This document shows, one piece after another, positions 28,990 through 38,532 of a stretch of DNA of 64,000 nucleotides. The number at the start of each line of letters is the position of its first letter. Within the stretch, counting starts at the first letter, position 1. Position numbers and translations under genes: made by a program. The stretch comes from a virus (Duplodnaviria; Caudoviricetes): positions 1 to 64,000 of the IMG/VR virus record IMGVR_UViG_3300021431_000005; one strand, given 5' to 3'. The notes under the pieces are model-generated. The model ran no database searches and was not told where the DNA came from. It saw nothing but the letters and a program-made list of their open reading frames with translations.

Positions 28990-29474
28990 TGCTAGTTCCT
29001 GCAATATCAAGAAAAGACGAACTTGAAAAGTTGTTCGCTGAACACATCTATGACGATGATATGTTTTTATATAATGGCTATGCGTTTTGCACCGAACTGC
29101 CTGACTTAACCCCATGTGATTGTTGTTATAGGTGGGCGATTGTAAGCAATATAAATAACAAGGTGATTGGTTACTTTGCGTATATGATTGATTGTCGGAA
29201 CGATTGTGTTAATAACTTTGGTTTGTATTCGTTTGAACCTAACTTTACAGTAGGCTTAGACGTTTACCGCAAGATGAAAGAATTAGTAAGAACTCATCGT
29301 AGAGTAGAATGGAGAATGATTGATGGAAACCCCGTACAGAGACATTACGATAAGTTCTGTGCTTGTCACGGTGGAAGAAAGGTTATTCTCAACGATGTTA
29401 TTAAAGCTCCGACAGGAGAGTATCTTAACGAACACATCTACGAAATCATCAATTACAACTCGATAAGAATATAA
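28983..29474 (+). CDS. GNAT-like protein, paralog of 17859-18398
   Basis: LVPA...EL, IGYF.Y, NFGL.SF, GNPV...YDKF....GG, IYEI. Confidence 0.6.
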   Translation: MLVLVPAISRKDELEKLFAEHIYDDDMFLYNGYAFCTELPDLTPCDCCYRWAIVSNINNKVIGYFAYMIDCRNDCVNNFGLYSFEPNFTVGLDVYRKMKELVRTHRRVEWRMIDGNPVQRHYDKFCACHGGRKVILNDVIKAPTGEYLNEHIYEIINYNSIRI

Positions 29475-29485
29475 GGAGAACGAAT

Positions 29486-30073
29486 ATGAGACCTATTGTA
29501 CTTATTCTAGGAGCCAGCGGATCTGGTAAGTCAACCATCGTAAATGAACTTGAAAGACTCTATGGGCTAAAAGCAATTCCGTCATATACCACAAGACCAC
29601 CACGAACGCCTGATGAGAAAGGTCATACTTTTATTACAGAAGATGAGTTTGATAATCTTGAAAACATCATAGCCTACGCCGAAACCGATAACTATCGCTA
29701 TGCTGTTACTACGGATATGTTAGAGGATGAACAGTATTCACTTTATGTAATTGACCTTTCTGGTCTTAAATATTTATATGAAAACTATCAAGGACGTAGA
29801 CCTCTGGTTTCTATTTACATAGATGTTGACACATATGAACGATTCAATAGAATGATTGACCGTAAGGACGATAGAACTCCACTGGATAAGGTCAAGGCTG
29901 CACTGAGCAGAATCGAACAAGATGCCGTGGAGTTCAATAAGGCTGAGATAGCCAAGAACGTAGGCTTTGTCGTACACAACCCGAAGGACAAGTTTGAGTC
30001 TGCTGTTAAGCACGTTAAGCACATCTGCGATCTTTATGGTGTAATAGACGAATACAGCAGAGTAAAGGAATAA
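29486..30073 (+). CDS. gmk: Guanylate kinase-like nucleotide kinase
   Basis: GASGSGKST, SYTTRPPR...E..H.F. Confidence 0.85.
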   Translation: MRPIVLILGASGSGKSTIVNELERLYGLKAIPSYTTRPPRTPDEKGHTFITEDEFDNLENIIAYAETDNYRYAVTTDMLEDEQYSLYVIDLSGLKYLYENYQGRRPLVSIYIDVDTYERFNRMIDRKDDRTPLDKVKAALSRIEQDAVEFNKAEIAKNVGFVVHNPKDKFESAVKHVKHICDLYGVIDEYSRVKE

Positions 30074-30100
30074 TTTTGACAACGAAAGGAAATAATAATT

Positions 30101-30544
30101 ATGAATATAAAGATTAAGAAGATATATGAAGATGCAGTAATCCCCACAAGAGGAAGTGAGTATGCCGCAGGATATGACCTGTATGCTTATATAGGCGAGG
30201 GTAATTTAGTTGCTATTAAGCCTCACGAAACAGTAATGATTGGAACAGGTGTAGCTATTACACCACCCGATGGGACGTTCGGAGCAATATTTGCGAGAAG
30301 TGGTCTGGCAACAAAAAACGGATTAGCACCAGCAAACAAAGTTGGAGTCTGTGATATAGACTACACAGGAGAGTACAAGGTCGCTTTACATAACCATTCC
30401 GACAAGATTGCAACTGTGCATCACGGTGACAGAATAGCACAGGTTGTATTTATCCCCTATGTAACAGGAGATTTTGTAGAAGTTGACGAACTCACAAAAA
30501 CCGAACGTGGTTCTAATGGATTCGGTTCTACCGGAAAGAATTGA
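30101..30544 (+). CDS. dut: dUTPase (trimeric)
   Basis: AAGYDL, RSGLA, GVCDIDYTGE, RIAQ, RG..GFGSTG. Confidence 0.95.
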   Translation: MNIKIKKIYEDAVIPTRGSEYAAGYDLYAYIGEGNLVAIKPHETVMIGTGVAITPPDGTFGAIFARSGLATKNGLAPANKVGVCDIDYTGEYKVALHNHSDKIATVHHGDRIAQVVFIPYVTGDFVEVDELTKTERGSNGFGSTGKN

Positions 30545-30563
30545 GCAAAGGAAGGAAATACAT

Positions 30564-30812
30564 ATGTACAAATGTGCTAATTGCGAGTACGTTTTTTCAG
30601 AACCCGAAATAGAAACCGAAGATTATGGGTATAACGTTGACTTAGGATTCCGTTCAGCGGTTCAGGAATTTGAGGTTTGCCCCGCTTGTGGTTCTGAGTG
30701 TTTTACAACAGCGGTATTATGTTGTGAATGCGGGGAATACTTTTTTCAAGAAGAATTAGTTGATGGTTACATATGTGGAGATTGTTTTGGAAGGAGAACG
30801 AGTAATGATTAA
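30564..30812 (+). CDS. Multi-zinc-finger small protein
   Basis: CANC, CPACGS, CECG, C..C; GAAGGA RBS. Confidence 0.65.
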   Translation: MYKCANCEYVFSEPEIETEDYGYNVDLGFRSAVQEFEVCPACGSECFTTAVLCCECGEYFFQEELVDGYICGDCFGRRTSND

Positions 30813-31605
30813 GGTTGAATTGATCGCCAATACACCAAATCCAGAAGAAGTGATAGCAACAGCTGCGAAGCTGTGCTATTCGCCAACAGACATAAACACT
30901 TTAAGAGAGGGGCTTACACCTGAGAAATCAGCGGAGTTTGTAGAAAAATTGATGAACATGGGGCATGAAAGTCCTATCGAACACGTTAGCTTCACGTTCG
31001 CAATCGAGGGGATTTCACGCGCTTGTAGTCATCAGCTGGTAAGACATCGTATAGCAAGTTACTCACAGCAGTCTCAACGCTATGTGAATATGAACAACTT
31101 TGATTACATAACACCGCCTGTAATACTATCTGATGAAAAAGCAAATAAAATCTATCAAGAGCTAATAAAGCAAATCTCAAACGGGTATAATGAACTTGCA
31201 GACAGACTTACTATAATCCATACAGCAAACCTTCTGGAACACGAGGGGTTAAGTTGTGAGAAGGCAGTTGCAAAGGCTAAAAAGTTGGCTAACGAAGATG
31301 CTCGATACATATTGCCGAATGCCTGCGAAACAAAAATAATTGTTACAATGAATGCTCGTTCACTTTATAACTTCTTTGCTCATCGCTGTTGTAACAGAGC
31401 GCAGTGGGAGATACGAGAAGTCGCAGAACAGATGTATAGAATCGTATACAAAATTGCTCCGACTTTATTTTCTCATGCAGGCGCAAGCTGTGTCGTAAAC
31501 AACAGGTGTCCCGAAGGTGCAATGAGCTGTGGACATATGAGAGATATGCAGGAACGTTACAAAAGAATAAGAACAGAATGTAGAAAGGACGATTCTAATG
31601 ACTGA
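30805..31605 (+). CDS. thyX: FAD-dependent thymidylate synthase
   Basis: GHESPIEH, RHR..S.SQ.SQRY, EDARYILPNA, RAQWEIR. Confidence 0.95.
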   Translation: MIKVELIANTPNPEEVIATAAKLCYSPTDINTLREGLTPEKSAEFVEKLMNMGHESPIEHVSFTFAIEGISRACSHQLVRHRIASYSQQSQRYVNMNNFDYITPPVILSDEKANKIYQELIKQISNGYNELADRLTIIHTANLLEHEGLSCEKAVAKAKKLANEDARYILPNACETKIIVTMNARSLYNFFAHRCCNRAQWEIREVAEQMYRIVYKIAPTLFSHAGASCVVNNRCPEGAMSCGHMRDMQERYKRIRTECRKDDSND

Positions 31606-31808
31606 TGAATAATAAAACTTCAAAGTACAAGAATTACAATCTGTCGAACCTCATGACCGCAAAGGAACTCCAAGAATATTTACACATTGGAAAAAACAAG
31701 GCGTATTTCCTTATTAACCATAATGAAGTTCCGACAGTCAGGATAGGCGGCAAAACGTATGTGGTAGTTGATAAACTTCAAAAATATATCGACAATCACA
31801 CAATCTAA
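31605..31808 (+). CDS. Excisionase-like HTH protein
   Basis: LMTAKELQEYLHIG...AY.LI....PTVRIG; convergent with the integrase. Confidence 0.85.
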   Translation: MNNKTSKYKNYNLSNLMTAKELQEYLHIGKNKAYFLINHNEVPTVRIGGKTYVVVDKLQKYIDNHTI

Positions 31809-31853
31809 AAAATAAGGTATGCTCATTAACAATCATGGGTATACCTTATTTTT
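31808..31853. terminator. Bidirectional terminator between xis and int
   Basis: aaaaataaggtat...ataccttattttt inverted repeat. Confidence 0.75.
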
Positions 31854-31893
31854 ACTATTACATTGACTTGTATCAAATATGAATTTGCAAATG

Positions 31894-33066
31894 TCAAATG
31901 TCTATCTGTGCAATGACTTTCGCTTTTTCTTCTTCAAGCAAATGGACATATGTGTTGTATGTGAACGATACACTTGAATGTCCAAGCATTTCAGAAATGA
32001 TTTTTATATCGACCCCTTTGCGAATCATCAAACTAGCAAACGTGTGTCTCAAAGTATGAAGTCCCTGTGGGTCGTCTATATTTGCTCTTTTACAGATTCC
32101 TAGATATGAATTTCTAACAGCAGAAACCTCACGTTTTCCATTTGTTGTAATCACAAAATCATCATTATGAGGTTTGGTATTCTCTTTTAATTGAGTTATA
32201 TAATAAATTGCCGATCCTGTTAGGTATACGATTCTACTTTTTCGAGTCTTAGTGCTGTCTTGTATTAAAACTTGTCTTTCATTATTTTTATGCGTGACCG
32301 CAATATTACTATGAACTTTTATAAATTTATTGTTCAAATCTATATCTTTCCATTTTAGAGCTAACAATTCCCCAATTCGTAGCCCCGTATAAATGAGAAT
32401 AATAAAAGCATATCCATTAGAATATTTAAATCTGCCATTTTTGTATTTTGATAGAGCAACCTCTTTAAATGCGTTAATCTCGTCATCATCAAAAAAACGT
32501 ATTTCTTTAATTGGTCTACTGATAGATGTTTTAGATGGCTTAGCGACAAATTCACAAGGATTTTTTTCAATCAAGCCTTGATAACAAGCATATTTTAAGC
32601 ATTCGTTTGTCAATACATATGCCTTATTGATTGTTGAAAAACTATAATTGGTTTCCTGTAACCTATTTACAAGTTGTAATTGTATAATACTTGTAGTCAA
32701 TTCGCTGAGATCGTAGCCACCAATATATGGAACAATATTGTTATTTGCTGTTGTGGAGTCACGGTCATAACTCGCAGGCTTTAATTTGTTTTTCTTTACA
32801 TTGTTCAGATAACTATTTAAAAAGTCTTTAAATTGAATATTATTTTTTACGTTGTTAGTATTGGTACTATTCACCAATGTTCCTTGATTCACAAATTCTT
32901 TCATCTTATATATAACTTCATCTTGTGACGAGTTAAGGAAACGTTTGTATTTGACTCTACCATTGGAATATTTTCCATTCTCTACCTGACCTATCCACAC
33001 TTGTTTAGTATTGTCATAATACACCGAGCCTAAACCTTTGACGTGTCTAACTTTTTTGTTAGCCAT
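31894..33066 (-). CDS. int: Tyrosine integrase (lambda/Tn916-like, with arm-binding N-domain)
   Basis: TGLRIGELLAL, HTLRHT, LGH, TYNTYVH; adjacent to attP. Confidence 0.95.
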   Translation of the reverse strand: MANKKVRHVKGLGSVYYDNTKQVWIGQVENGKYSNGRVKYKRFLNSSQDEVIYKMKEFVNQGTLVNSTNTNNVKNNIQFKDFLNSYLNNVKKNKLKPASYDRDSTTANNNIVPYIGGYDLSELTTSIIQLQLVNRLQETNYSFSTINKAYVLTNECLKYACYQGLIEKNPCEFVAKPSKTSISRPIKEIRFFDDDEINAFKEVALSKYKNGRFKYSNGYAFIILIYTGLRIGELLALKWKDIDLNNKFIKVHSNIAVTHKNNERQVLIQDSTKTRKSRIVYLTGSAIYYITQLKENTKPHNDDFVITTNGKREVSAVRNSYLGICKRANIDDPQGLHTLRHTFASLMIRKGVDIKIISEMLGHSSVSFTYNTYVHLLEEEKAKVIAQIDI

Positions 33067-33138
33067 TGAGACCTCCTTTAGTTATAAAGATAGTTTTTAT
33101 TTGTCAAAAATACATCAAAGCAACGTCGTTCTATTATT

Positions 33139-33167
33139 AGTATAACAGAAAACTAGCAATTTGTCAA
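33139..33167 (-). promoter_or_regulatory. Sigma-A promoter for the integrase
   Basis: Minus strand TTGACA, 17 bp, TATACT. Confidence 0.75.
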
Positions 33168-33350
33168 GGCGATGAGGTGTGTAAAAAGTGTGTAGATTTT
33201 CGGTACAGGCAGGGAAAAATGGGGACAAACAGTGAAACATCAAACTTCAATTTCAACCTGAATTTATATCAATATTGTTTTATACTGTTGTAATATTCTT
33301 GCATATACCATAGAAAAAACTACACAATACTGTACTTTTAAAAAAAGGCA

Positions 33351-33386
33351 AAAGAAAAAGGAGACATGAATTTCTTCATATCTCCT
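33351..33386 (-). terminator. Terminator downstream of the tRNA 3' half
   Basis: Minus strand aggagatatgaa-gaaa-ttcatgtctcct followed by ttttctttt. Confidence 0.75.
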
Positions 33387-33389
33387 CAG

Positions 33390-33436
33390 AGGCGTCACCC
33401 AGATTTGAACTGGGGATCAGGGAGTTGCAGTCCCGT
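33390..33436 (-). other. attP core: 3' half of tRNA-Cys(GCA)
   Basis: Minus strand ACGGGA-CT-GCA-AC-TCCCTGATC-CCCAG-TTCAAAT-CTGGG-TGACGCC-T: anticodon arm, T arm, acceptor 3' strand and U73. The 5' half is absent. Confidence 0.88.
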
Positions 33437-33599
33437 ATTATATTATTATATAACCCTTGAAAATCAATGGTTTAAAAGATTTATTATTTTTAAGGTGTGT
33501 AAAAGTGTGTAAAATTTCTGAAACCAATCTTGTCTGAGCTTTGTCTGAGCAAAATTGTAAAATTATTGTAACTTATATAATTAAGAATCGTAAAAAATT

Positions 33600-33647
33600 A
33601 GGGGCATACATTTAGCAATCAGCTATTTGTATGCCCCTGTTTTTTTT
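33600..33647. terminator. Long hairpin terminator at the end of the late operon
   Basis: aggggcataca...tgtatgcccct flanked by A and T runs. Confidence 0.75.
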
Positions 33648-33672
33648 GTATATCAGTTAGCAAAAACTAACA

Positions 33673-34743
33673 TTATAAATCATTTAATCCTTTCTGTTCG
33701 ACTTTCTTGATTCCTTCTTCTCCAAAATACTGTTCGAGCATTTCAGAGGTATCTCGATCATCATAGCAATTGACCATCTCGATACTATTCCATCCTAATA
33801 CTTGCTGAACAATACTCTCGGGTAATCCTTGTTTAAGTAAGTTCGTAGTAAAGGCATGACGAATTGAATGCCAATAGAACTTAGTCTCAATCCCCAACTT
33901 CTTCGATAATATTGTATTAAACGTATCGCCCCATGAATCAATTGTATTAGTTTCAACCTTTTCGTCAACGCATTTTCCCTCTCTGTCTATCTTCGGGAAT
34001 AGCCATTCGCTTTCAATGCCCAGTTCGTTTCTTTTGCCTAGCCATAATTCAAGGTAAGGACTAAAAGGTTTCGCAAGCGTGTAAAGGTCAAGAAGTTTAC
34101 CTCGTGAACCTCTGCCTTTTGTCACTACCTTTTCAGGTGTCTTATACAACGAACCCCCACAAATTAAATTGCTGTCGTCAAAATAACCCACCTTAAATCT
34201 CGGCAATTCAGCTTTGCGCCTGCCACTATACATAGCAAGTGCAAGTATGCAAGCCTTTTCAATACTCTGCCAATCGCCCTGTCCAACAAGATAATCAAGA
34301 AGCTGTTGGAGTTCTTCTTCTTTGAACACTGATTTGTCACGAACTGCCACATTCTCGGGTGATTCAATCTTGCGAACAATAGGTCTGTAATCTTCATACT
34401 CATCGTCTAAAATATTTTCAATATAGTTTGACCATGAAGAAATCGTTGCCTTTACTGTTCGCAATCTTTTAGGCGACCAACCCCACTCATTAAGAGCGTG
34501 TGACTGAAACTTTGCTATCTCTCTCTTAGTCAGATCAATGAAGAACTTGTTCTTGTTATACTCTAAGTTCCAACAGAGAAAAACTTTAAGGTTCGCTTCA
34601 TACTGTTTAATGGTACTCGCAGCTTTGTCAACCGAGCGCAGATATTCGAGAAAGTCATTCATCAAATCTATGTTCTCAGAATTGACCTGTACGAGTTTTT
34701 CGGGGGAGGTAATGCTGTTGTAAACTGTTTTTCTGTTTGCCAT
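33673..34743 (-). CDS. Second tyrosine recombinase (XerC/D-like)
   Basis: SGRRKAEL, TKGRG, HSIRH, LGW and Y (NCYDD); last gene of the late operon. Confidence 0.88.
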   Translation of the reverse strand: MANRKTVYNSITSPEKLVQVNSENIDLMNDFLEYLRSVDKAASTIKQYEANLKVFLCWNLEYNKNKFFIDLTKREIAKFQSHALNEWGWSPKRLRTVKATISSWSNYIENILDDEYEDYRPIVRKIESPENVAVRDKSVFKEEELQQLLDYLVGQGDWQSIEKACILALAMYSGRRKAELPRFKVGYFDDSNLICGGSLYKTPEKVVTKGRGSRGKLLDLYTLAKPFSPYLELWLGKRNELGIESEWLFPKIDREGKCVDEKVETNTIDSWGDTFNTILSKKLGIETKFYWHSIRHAFTTNLLKQGLPESIVQQVLGWNSIEMVNCYDDRDTSEMLEQYFGEEGIKKVEQKGLNDL

Positions 34744-34762
34744 TTATTTTCACCCCTCTCAT

Positions 34763-35398
34763 TTATGTAAACCTTTGAGCATCGACTGCACGATTCACTG
34801 TCATTTCGGTAGCAGAAAGAATCCTGTTATAGTAACGTCCGCTGTAAACATTGCCTTCAAGCACTCGATCACTCACCGAACCGCAGCCTAAATAGATATA
34901 ACCGCCTCTGTCTGTCATTCCGCTGGTATTATTAGGTATATTAGTAAAAGTATCAGCCAATTCGCCATTAACAAAAACATAAGCAATTCTGTTGGGAATG
35001 TCGACTACCACTGATATAGTGATAAGTTCTCCAACTAGCCACGAATAGGAACTATGATTATGATACCATTCGCCGTTGATTGCCATATCAATTTTTCCGT
35101 AATTCATTGATGCTATGACAGTTGCAGAACTTATGTCATAACCATATGGCGCAAATTCAAGAAAACGCATATACTCGTTGTTGGTTGATGTGATTTTTGC
35201 ACATACCTCAAACGTGTAACCGTTTGAAAAATCAAGTCCTTCGCCGATGAACGCCTGACTGCCGATCTTGCCGATGTCCCTGTCGGTGTAGTAGAACAAG
35301 CCGTTTTGAACATACTCAGGAAGTGTACTACCGCTGCCTTTTATAGCGATATTGGATATATCAATTGACTCTCCGTCTTTGTAATACTTTACGCTCAT
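34763..35398 (-). CDS. LamG/concanavalin-A-like receptor-binding protein
   Basis: YTFEV..K...AYVFVNGE...LG...G.VYSGRYYNRILS..E...N...D..RF. Confidence 0.7.
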   Translation of the reverse strand: MSVKYYKDGESIDISNIAIKGSGSTLPEYVQNGLFYYTDRDIGKIGSQAFIGEGLDFSNGYTFEVCAKITSTNNEYMRFLEFAPYGYDISSATVIASMNYGKIDMAINGEWYHNHSSYSWLVGELITISVVVDIPNRIAYVFVNGELADTFTNIPNNTSGMTDRGGYIYLGCGSVSDRVLEGNVYSGRYYNRILSATEMTVNRAVDAQRFT

Positions 35399-35557
35399 TT
35401 TATCATCTCGCTTTCCTTATAAATAAAAATCCTCCGCAGAGAGTTGATCTCCACGGAGAATAAAATGCAATTTATTGAACACTATATATTGTGTTCCATG
35501 CGTTGAAAATGTACAATATATAGGTATGTAGTGCCGATAAAAAGTTGGTTTTATTGG

Positions 35558-36460
35558 TTAGGCTTTGGTGTATTCGAGAATAAGTGTCATTAACTTATTA
35601 TGGTAACTGTTATCTGCTGTTGTAAAGTACCATCCTTTGGTATTTGGATTCCAGTTAAGAAAAATACTACTAGTGTTTGATTGATACGAGTTTATTCTTG
35701 TATTCCAACCACTGTTATTGATAAAACCGTCTAATAGAATTATAGTTCCTATAGTTTCTGTTCCTGCAATTGCAAAAGATCCATCCGTTGATGGAGAATT
35801 TTGAGTTATCACTTTCCTATAAATCTTCTTTCCATCAATCCAAACCTTACCAGTATCAACTTCATCGGTCGAATACCTATCGCCTTCTTGCTGAATGTCG
35901 GCTTCGTTGGAAACGACTTTGGCTTTGATTATGTAGTTGACGGATGTATTAGTTGGACGAATTGCATACATACTGTTACGAGTGTCATCAAATGTAGCTG
36001 GAAAACTTGTATATCTTCCTTTTGCGGTTGTATCATATTCAAAATCTGCATTAATTGAATCTTTATTAAATATTCCTCCATAATATGGAAATGTTGAATT
36101 ACCTGAAGGGTCTGTTCCAGCAATTGCTATTTTCGTAGCATCTTGATGCTCGCCCACAGTTCCACCATTACCCTGCCCAGTATGTGAGTTCGTTCCTGCA
36201 CCACGCAGAAACTCACCTCTCAAATCAGGAACATTAAAAGTCGTACTTCCATCACCCGCTCCAAAACTCGTCCCAATAACCGCAAACAATGCAGAATAAT
36301 CAGTTCTTGAAACCGCTGAACCATCACAAAGCAAAAACCCCTTTGGAGCAGTTACACCACCGAAAGAAAGAATTGTACCGATAGGGCAAAAGGCGTTTAT
36401 TGTGCCGCCTGCCGCCCAAACCCATTCGCCCGTTGTTTTATCTTTAATTGAAACTGACAT
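35558..36460 (-). CDS. Tail fibre protein with phage tail collar domain
   Basis: PIGTI..F.G..AP.GFLLCDGS.VSR.DY..LFAVIGT.FG.GDG.TTFNVPDLRGEFLRG; YSTDE..TGK.WIDGK.IYRKV; LEYTK. Confidence 0.85.
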   Translation of the reverse strand: MSVSIKDKTTGEWVWAAGGTINAFCPIGTILSFGGVTAPKGFLLCDGSAVSRTDYSALFAVIGTSFGAGDGSTTFNVPDLRGEFLRGAGTNSHTGQGNGGTVGEHQDATKIAIAGTDPSGNSTFPYYGGIFNKDSINADFEYDTTAKGRYTSFPATFDDTRNSMYAIRPTNTSVNYIIKAKVVSNEADIQQEGDRYSTDEVDTGKVWIDGKKIYRKVITQNSPSTDGSFAIAGTETIGTIILLDGFINNSGWNTRINSYQSNTSSIFLNWNPNTKGWYFTTADNSYHNKLMTLILEYTKA

Positions 36461-36477
36461 ATTATTCCACCTCCATA

Positions 36478-37572
36478 TTAAGCCTTAGCATAAATTACAG
36501 TTAAGAACAAATATCCTTGTGTATCTTCGTGATTGCTCCAAACCTTACAAGCGCCACTTTCTTCAACCCAACAACGCAAAGAAGAACAGCCTACACTGGA
36601 ACTACCAGTTGCAAGAGCAGTTCCCTCTGCGGAATACTTAGGTTTATAACCTGTTGGTAAGGTAAAGATAGTAACATTACCCTTTTCACCAGCGGTATTA
36701 AAGATCAGCATTCCAGTACAGATTTGTAAATTTCCAATCGTTTGAATACGAATATTATTTGTTTCTGTGCTTACTACATCAGTGTTTAATGCGGAAGTAG
36801 GAAGTCGGTAATAGCCAACGGTTTCTAATGCTTCAACCCTATTTTCAAGTCCGCTACTTCCTTCATCGTCTGTAATAAGCCGTACCTCGATTTTCGCAGC
36901 TTTTTCAGGATAGTCTGATTCAAATTGTTCCCATTCTGCGGTAGTTCCGCTCCAACGCTTATTCGGTTCTCCTACAACAGTTGTACTTCCATCTGTACTA
37001 TCAACTGCATTAACGTTAGGCTTGTCTGTGAGAATGGCAACCTGATAGTCGGTTTTAGAAGTCTCGCTTTCCCACTCAGCGGAAGTTCCAATGAATACAG
37101 AACTTGCGTTTTTAATAGCATCGTATACGCCACCCGAGGTTACAAGGTTTGTAGAGTTCTCAGTAGGAGTAGAGTCGGGGTTGTTTACTTTATTTTGAAG
37201 TTCAGTATAGCCTTCAAGTTCCACAAGACGAATGGCATACCAATGAACCTGTAATCCTAACGGAGTATGCGAAAGATTACCTGTGTAAGTTACAAAAAAA
37301 GTAAAACCAGTTGTTGATTTTGTGCTTACATTTACATAGTTATAACTTTCTCCATGACCAGTAACAGGCTTATCAAAAACCACCATATAATCGGTATCTG
37401 GCATCGGAACATCAAACGTAACGTTGGCTTCTATACGAGTATCACCTGTTGCTGCGTCAACTTCTGTGTTAATCCATGTACCTTCTCTTATCTCAGAAGC
37501 AGTAGCATCAAGGATAACAGTAGAGCCAGCAATACGTCTTAATGCCCCGTTTTCTTTTATATTTAAGCTCAT
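36478..37572 (-). CDS. Tail fibre protein (H-type lectin/gp53-like domain + repeats)
   Basis: VTFD.PMPD.DY.V...KSTTGF; PTENSTNLVTSGGV; (F/W).GT.AEWE repeats; TLPTGYKP C-terminal domain. Confidence 0.7.
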   Translation of the reverse strand: MSLNIKENGALRRIAGSTVILDATASEIREGTWINTEVDAATGDTRIEANVTFDVPMPDTDYMVVFDKPVTGHGESYNYVNVSTKSTTGFTFFVTYTGNLSHTPLGLQVHWYAIRLVELEGYTELQNKVNNPDSTPTENSTNLVTSGGVYDAIKNASSVFIGTSAEWESETSKTDYQVAILTDKPNVNAVDSTDGSTTVVGEPNKRWSGTTAEWEQFESDYPEKAAKIEVRLITDDEGSSGLENRVEALETVGYYRLPTSALNTDVVSTETNNIRIQTIGNLQICTGMLIFNTAGEKGNVTIFTLPTGYKPKYSAEGTALATGSSSVGCSSLRCWVEESGACKVWSNHEDTQGYLFLTVIYAKA

Positions 37573-37592
37573 AGTCTTATTTCACCTCTGCT

Positions 37593-38519
37593 TTATGATA
37601 CAAACCATGATATAGGCTGAATTGTAACATTTTGAACGTACCAATTTTCACCATTGCCATCGCTGTTTATTGTAATTGAGTCTCCCGCCCTAACAAAAGC
37701 AATTAACACGCCAGTTGTAATTGGGTTTTCTACATCTGATGCTGGACCAGTATAATTAGGAACGCTATCAACTGCTCGTCCATTTACTACTAAAGTAATA
37801 GTGTTTCCGGAATATCGTTTAAGAAAATGAACTCTAAGAAGTCCAGTGTGAGTGGCGGTATATGATTTTGCTGTAGTCAAATCCCCTGCCTCATTTTTTA
37901 AAACTACCTGTGCTGATGGTGCTGTTGGCTTTAAATTATTTACAACTTTCGTGTATAATTCCTCATCAGCATTAGCCACCGCATTACTTGTAACAGGATT
38001 CATATTATCTTCTTCAACAACATCTACTAATTCATGCGTATCAATATCATCTAAAATGGAAACGTAAGTGCCATCTTCAATATTATCCTTTTGTGCTTCA
38101 TATTCAGCTCTCGTACCAGACCAATGCGGAACGTCCTCGTTCTTCTGAACCTCTTTCTCGACCCAGCTATAAGAACCGCTATCCTCAACGCATTCATAGA
38201 AGTAGCCATTAGTAAGTGTAGTAGTTGTAGCACCGATATACTGATAAATATTACCTACCTCACTTGTGCCCGCAGTAGGAAGTGTTTCAACCTGAATAGT
38301 ATCGCCGCCATCGGACACTTGCATTTTCTCCCAAGAATAGGCGGGAGTTACCCCGCCATCAGATACACACTTATAAAAATAACCATTGGTATAATTTGCA
38401 TTTGTAGCACCAACGTACTGAACTATCGCTCCTGAATTATCAGCGGTTGCGGTAGGCATAATAGAAACCTGTGTGGTTTCGCCTACGTTATAACCTTTAT
38501 AAACTATTTTGTTTCCCAT
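37593..38519 (-). CDS. Tail fibre protein with two GYFY.CV repeats
   Basis: GAGGTG RBS before ATG 38519; PTA...G.I.QY.G.T....TNGYFY.CV...W repeats. Confidence 0.7.
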   Translation of the reverse strand: MGNKIVYKGYNVGETTQVSIMPTATADNSGAIVQYVGATNANYTNGYFYKCVSDGGVTPAYSWEKMQVSDGGDTIQVETLPTAGTSEVGNIYQYIGATTTTLTNGYFYECVEDSGSYSWVEKEVQKNEDVPHWSGTRAEYEAQKDNIEDGTYVSILDDIDTHELVDVVEEDNMNPVTSNAVANADEELYTKVVNNLKPTAPSAQVVLKNEAGDLTTAKSYTATHTGLLRVHFLKRYSGNTITLVVNGRAVDSVPNYTGPASDVENPITTGVLIAFVRAGDSITINSDGNGENWYVQNVTIQPISWFVS

Positions 38520-38532
38520 AATATCACCTCTC

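Larger units (their letters stand above)
33175..33511. repeat. Integrase arm-type repeats flanking the attP core
   Basis: AGGTGTGTAAAAAGTGTGTA (33175-33194) and AGGTGTGTAAAAGTGTGTA (33493-33511), each a tandem GTGTGTA pair; inverted TACACA near 33321. Confidence 0.75.

Noticed and set aside
33390-33436. Functional tRNA-Cys gene
   Set aside because: The D arm and 5' acceptor strand are missing; position next to the integrase and arm repeats indicates an attP core.
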